From Paraspadella gotoi (Eukaryota; Animalia; Chaetognatha), in assembly GCA_051294375.1 (NCBI GenBank), contig JBJCIZ010000290.1, forward strand, positions 1-39,904: a DNA stretch of 39,904 nucleotides, in the 5' to 3' direction. Shown here one piece after another: positions 36,266 to 39,904 of this stretch. Positions within the stretch are counted from its first letter, which is position 1. The number at the start of each line of letters is the position of its first letter. The notes below the pieces were generated by a model. That model was given only the letters and a program-made list of their open reading frames with translations. It was not told the origin of the DNA and did no database searches. Position numbers and translations under genes: made by a program.

Positions 36266-37780
36266 GTAGTCGAGTCGACTCCCGGAACCTAACTACCCAA
36301 TGGTTCGACGCGTGTATTACCGACGATTGGAAGCCGCAGTCCCGCCGTGGGACACCGCTCGGCCCCTTGCGTAATTGGACCAGACCGTGGCCTGGCGATC
36401 ACGAGGGTCCCGCGACCCCCATTGAGAAATGTTTTCACACGCGGACAACCAAGAGCGGTACTTAGGCTCAGAGAAAGAACTTCCCTTACCCAGACGTGCC
36501 GTAGAGAGTAGTCGAGTGACTCTCGGGACCCGAACTACCCAATGGTTCGACGCTGTATTACCGACGATTGGAAGCCGCAGTCCCGCCGTGGGACAACCGC
36601 TCGGCCCTTGCGTAATTGGACCAGACCGTGGCCTGGCGATCACGAGGGTCCCGCGACCCCATTGAGAAATGTTTTCACACCGGGACAACCAAGAGCGGTA
36701 CTTAGGCTCAGAGAAAGAACTTCCCCTACCCAGACGTGCCCGTAGAGAGTAGTCGAGTCGACTCTCGGACCCGAACTACCCAATGGTTCGACGCATGATT
36801 ACCGGGATTTGAAGCGCCAGTCCCGCCGTGGGACACCGCTCGGCCCCTTTGCGTGATCGGACCAGCCCGTGGCCTGGCGATCACGGGGTCCCGGACCCCT
36901 TGAGAAATGTTTTCACACGCGGACAACCAAGAGCGTACTTAGGCTCGGAGAAAGAACTTCCCTTACCAGACTGCCCGTAGAGAGTAGTCGAGTCGACTCC
37001 GGACCCAACTACCCAATGGTTCGACGCGTGTATTACCGACGATTTGGAAGCCGCAGTCCCGCGTGGGACACCGCTCGCCCTTGCGTAATTGGACCAGACC
37101 GTGGCCTGGCGTCACGAGGTCCCGCGACCCATTGAGAAATGTTTTCACACGCGGACAACCAAGAGCGGTACTTAGGCTCAGAGAAAGAACTTCCCCTTAC
37201 CCAGACGTGCCCGTAGAGAGTAGCGAGTCGACTCTCGGACCCGAACTACCAATGGTTCGACGCATGTATTACCGACGATTTGGAAGCCGCAGTCCCGCCG
37301 TGGGACACCGCTCGGCCCTTCGTAATTGGACCAGACCGTGGCCTGGCGATCACGAGGGTCCCGCGACCCCCATTGAGAAATTTTCACACACCGGACAACC
37401 AGGTACTTAGCTCAGAGAAAGAACTTCCCCTTACCCAGACGTGCCCGTAGAGAGTAGTCGAGTCACTCTCGGGACCCGAACTACCCAATGGTTCGACGCA
37501 TGATTACCGGTATTTGAAGCCGCAGATCCCGCCGTGGACAGCCGCGTGGGACACCGCTCGGCCCCTTCTTGCATGATCGGACAAACCTGGTGGCCTGGCG
37601 ATCACGAGGGTCCCGTGACCCCCATTGACAAATATTTTCACACGCGGACAACCAAGAGCGGTACTTAGGCTCGGAGAAAGAACTTCCCTTTACCTAGACT
37701 TGCCCATAGAGAGTAGTCGAGTCGACTCCAGGAACCCTAACTACCCAATGGTTCGACGCGTGTATTACTGACGATTTGGC
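36266..37780. repeat. GC-rich ~240-bp tandem array, about 6.3 units
   Basis: GTAGAGAGTAGTCGAG recurs near 36501, 36742, 36977, 37213, 37447 and 37707. Confidence 0.95.
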
Positions 37781-37958
37781 AAGACAAGAGGAACTGTGCA
37801 GCTCTTAGTGGACCTGGACCCGATACTTCCATCGCCTCTCTAATCTAAGAGATTCCCACGAGCCCGGAGAAAATAACTCAACGGGCCATGGAGCCAGACA
37901 TGGAGGTCGGTAGAGGCGGAACGGCTATTGAGACTCTTTAATGATCTCTCTACTCCTT

Positions 37959-38840
37959 TCACCCCTCTTCTACCACAACTGGTCCCGTGTCTCCTGTTGG
38001 TTTCGTTATCTCCTCTACTAAGTGTAATTCGTAGGGGCAGGTGAGGGTACAGTATGGTACATCTGCGCTGGATAAATTTCGGAAGGCCTTGTTCAACCGT
38101 GGGTAATAACCTTTTTCCTGGCTTTTTTTAGTTCCAGCTAATACTCCGGATGATCTACGTAGTTGGATGGACGATCGCGTACTCTCGCCGCTACGGTGTC
38201 TGCGTATTCTGTTCACCATGGCCAGGTTATGGCTCTTTGCTGCCATCCTTTCAGCGCGAATTACGCCTTTGAAGCAAAAAAACTTGAAAAAGTTTTTGTT
38301 CCCTTATCGACGGTACCCTAACTACGCGCAGTTGTAGCGTTGCTCAGCCTCGGAAGTCTTACGTATTGTACAGTCGTCGCCGCGGATATATATGAGCCGT
38401 CAGAGATAGATAGGTGAATCTGGGATGCATCTCGGCAGCGTGACACAAGGCAAAAATCGCGTCAGACAGACCAAGGTTACCCTGCAACCAAAAATACGGG
38501 TAGACAAGATTTTAAAGTCAACGTATAGTCCCCACTCTTGCGGAGAACCCACGATGGAGCGAGCCGCGATGCCGCTATCTTGGATATCTCTCTGTGTCGG
38601 CAAAGAAGCGGCTATAACACGGACTGAATACAATTTCCGGTGCTCTAGGATATTATGACTATTGAAGGTGGTCTCCCAAACGCAAATGCAAAAACGCTGG
38701 GAAATCTTGCTCCGCCTTACCTCATTCATCCTACAAATCGAGGGGTGTGGCGGATCCGGCCGTTGGTAGTGCAGTTCCCGTAATGGCGACAAAGATTTAA
38801 AGCTCCGGATGCATAGTCGTAAATGATCCCCCTGGTTCAA
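37959..38840 (-). pseudogene. Possible degenerate tyrosine recombinase-like reading frame
   Basis: Two ORFs in the same frame separated by three stops. LPTQRDIQ...ILSTRIFGCRVTLVCL resembles box I (GxRxxELxxL) and ...NLAMVNRIRRHRSGESTRSSI resembles box II (LxxVxxxxxHxSxxTTxxY). HxxR and Tyr are not intact. Confidence 0.35.
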
Positions 38841-39569
38841 AGGGGCTTCTGCTTACAAGTTTATTTCGCAACATACGTCCTTCTCTCAAAACAGTCGCAA
38901 GCCTCTCACGGTTATCTTATTTCCGCAGGTAGATGGCCAGGCAGCTCGGGGAACTCGGCCTTTAGCCGCTATCCTTCGGACCTTCGTGCTACGGTTCCCG
39001 GGGAAATTGATGGTTTTCAACATATAACAATCTTAAGGCGTTTGCTGTGGCCTCCTGGCAGGCAGCTGAGACGCCGGAACGGACAGGGCACGGCCCTTGC
39101 GCCAGGCGGCGGTCACACGCCAAGTGATTTCACAGCGTTCAAGTTTTATCCTTCGCGGATCGGATGCATACAAAAAGCATCGCGATTCATCGACGACGAA
39201 CTAGTTACTCCGGGAATTCGGCCAGGAGAAGTCATGGGAAAAAAGTTTACGGTCCGCTAAACTTGACGTCAGAACCACACTGGTCGTGGTGGCGGGTTCA
39301 GGAAGAGGGTACGGCGGATGTAAGCTTTGACTGTTTCCCTTTTGACTGCCTAAAGATTCTATGCCCAATTAATGTCATAGTAATAAACATGTTATTTTAA
39401 TTTCCCAATTGTTGATGGACTCATGGTTGAGAGTACACAAAAAGTAGGGTGAAGTCCCGTCCCCGTGTAGCTAGTTTTACCGAAGAGGGCCGAAGCATAA
39501 GAACCGCAAGACCCGGGTCCCGGGGTTTGGTCTTCAGAAATGAAAGATGGTATTGGAAAATAGTCTGAG

Positions 39570-39904
39570 TGGTGTCCCGTGTGGGACTGCGCTCGGGCTT
39601 TTATAGAGAGAGAACAAGTTTCTATGCACGCCTAGACAGGAACAGGTGGGACGGGTATAATAGCATGGCTCAGCCCGTGGGTATTAGCTCTAGAATGAAA
39701 GATGATATTGAAAGACAGCGGTGTTCCCACAGATGGGGATCTGCGGCTCCTAGGCATGGTATTTGATCGAGAGCCGACGGTATGTCCGCGTGTGAAAAAT
39801 TTTTCAATGGTGGGTCGCTGGAGCCCTGTGGATGTCCCAGGTCCCACTGGTCTGGTGATAACAAGGGCGAGCGGTGACCACATGGAGCGGGACTTGGGCT
39901 TCTC
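39570..39904 (-). repeat. Inverted, diverged copies of the 240-bp array unit
   Basis: 39783-39904 reverse complements to ...GTCCCGC...CACCGCTCGCCCTTG...GCGACCCACCATTGAAAAATTTTTCACACGCGGACA. Shorter matches at 39571 and 39718. Runs off the window. Confidence 0.7.

Noticed and set aside
36317-37410. Repeat protein encoded by the 240-bp array
   Set aside because: Majority-rule unit contains stops in the candidate frames on both strands.

Overview
AT-rich eukaryotic (probably invertebrate animal) DNA made almost entirely of nested mobile elements, with one 25-N gap and many homopolymer indels that suggest an error-prone long-read assembly. No host protein-coding gene can be supported. Main contents: (1) a 5'-truncated, frameshifted Penelope-like retroelement (RT plus GIY-YIG, 17.2-19.7 kb) with inverted pseudo-LTRs; (2) at least seven Penelope-type minimal hammerhead ribozyme motifs, two of them in a 1.4-kb non-coding inverted-repeat element with a tail and TSD; (3) two copies of a ~740-bp TRIM (4-bp TSD, PBS) whose structured LTRs carry a 5S-rRNA-like segment on one strand and tRNA-like A/B boxes on the other; (4) a probable LTR followed by a 46-nt CCA-containing tRNA-Leu complement; (5) many Helentron-associated (DINE-1-like) elements, hAT-type MITEs with 8-bp TSDs and a Kolobok-type TTAA element; (6) a GC-rich terminal block with a ~240-bp tandem array, a degenerate tyrosine-recombinase-like frame and inverted diverged copies of the array unit. 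All calls are by eye; no searches or folding were run.
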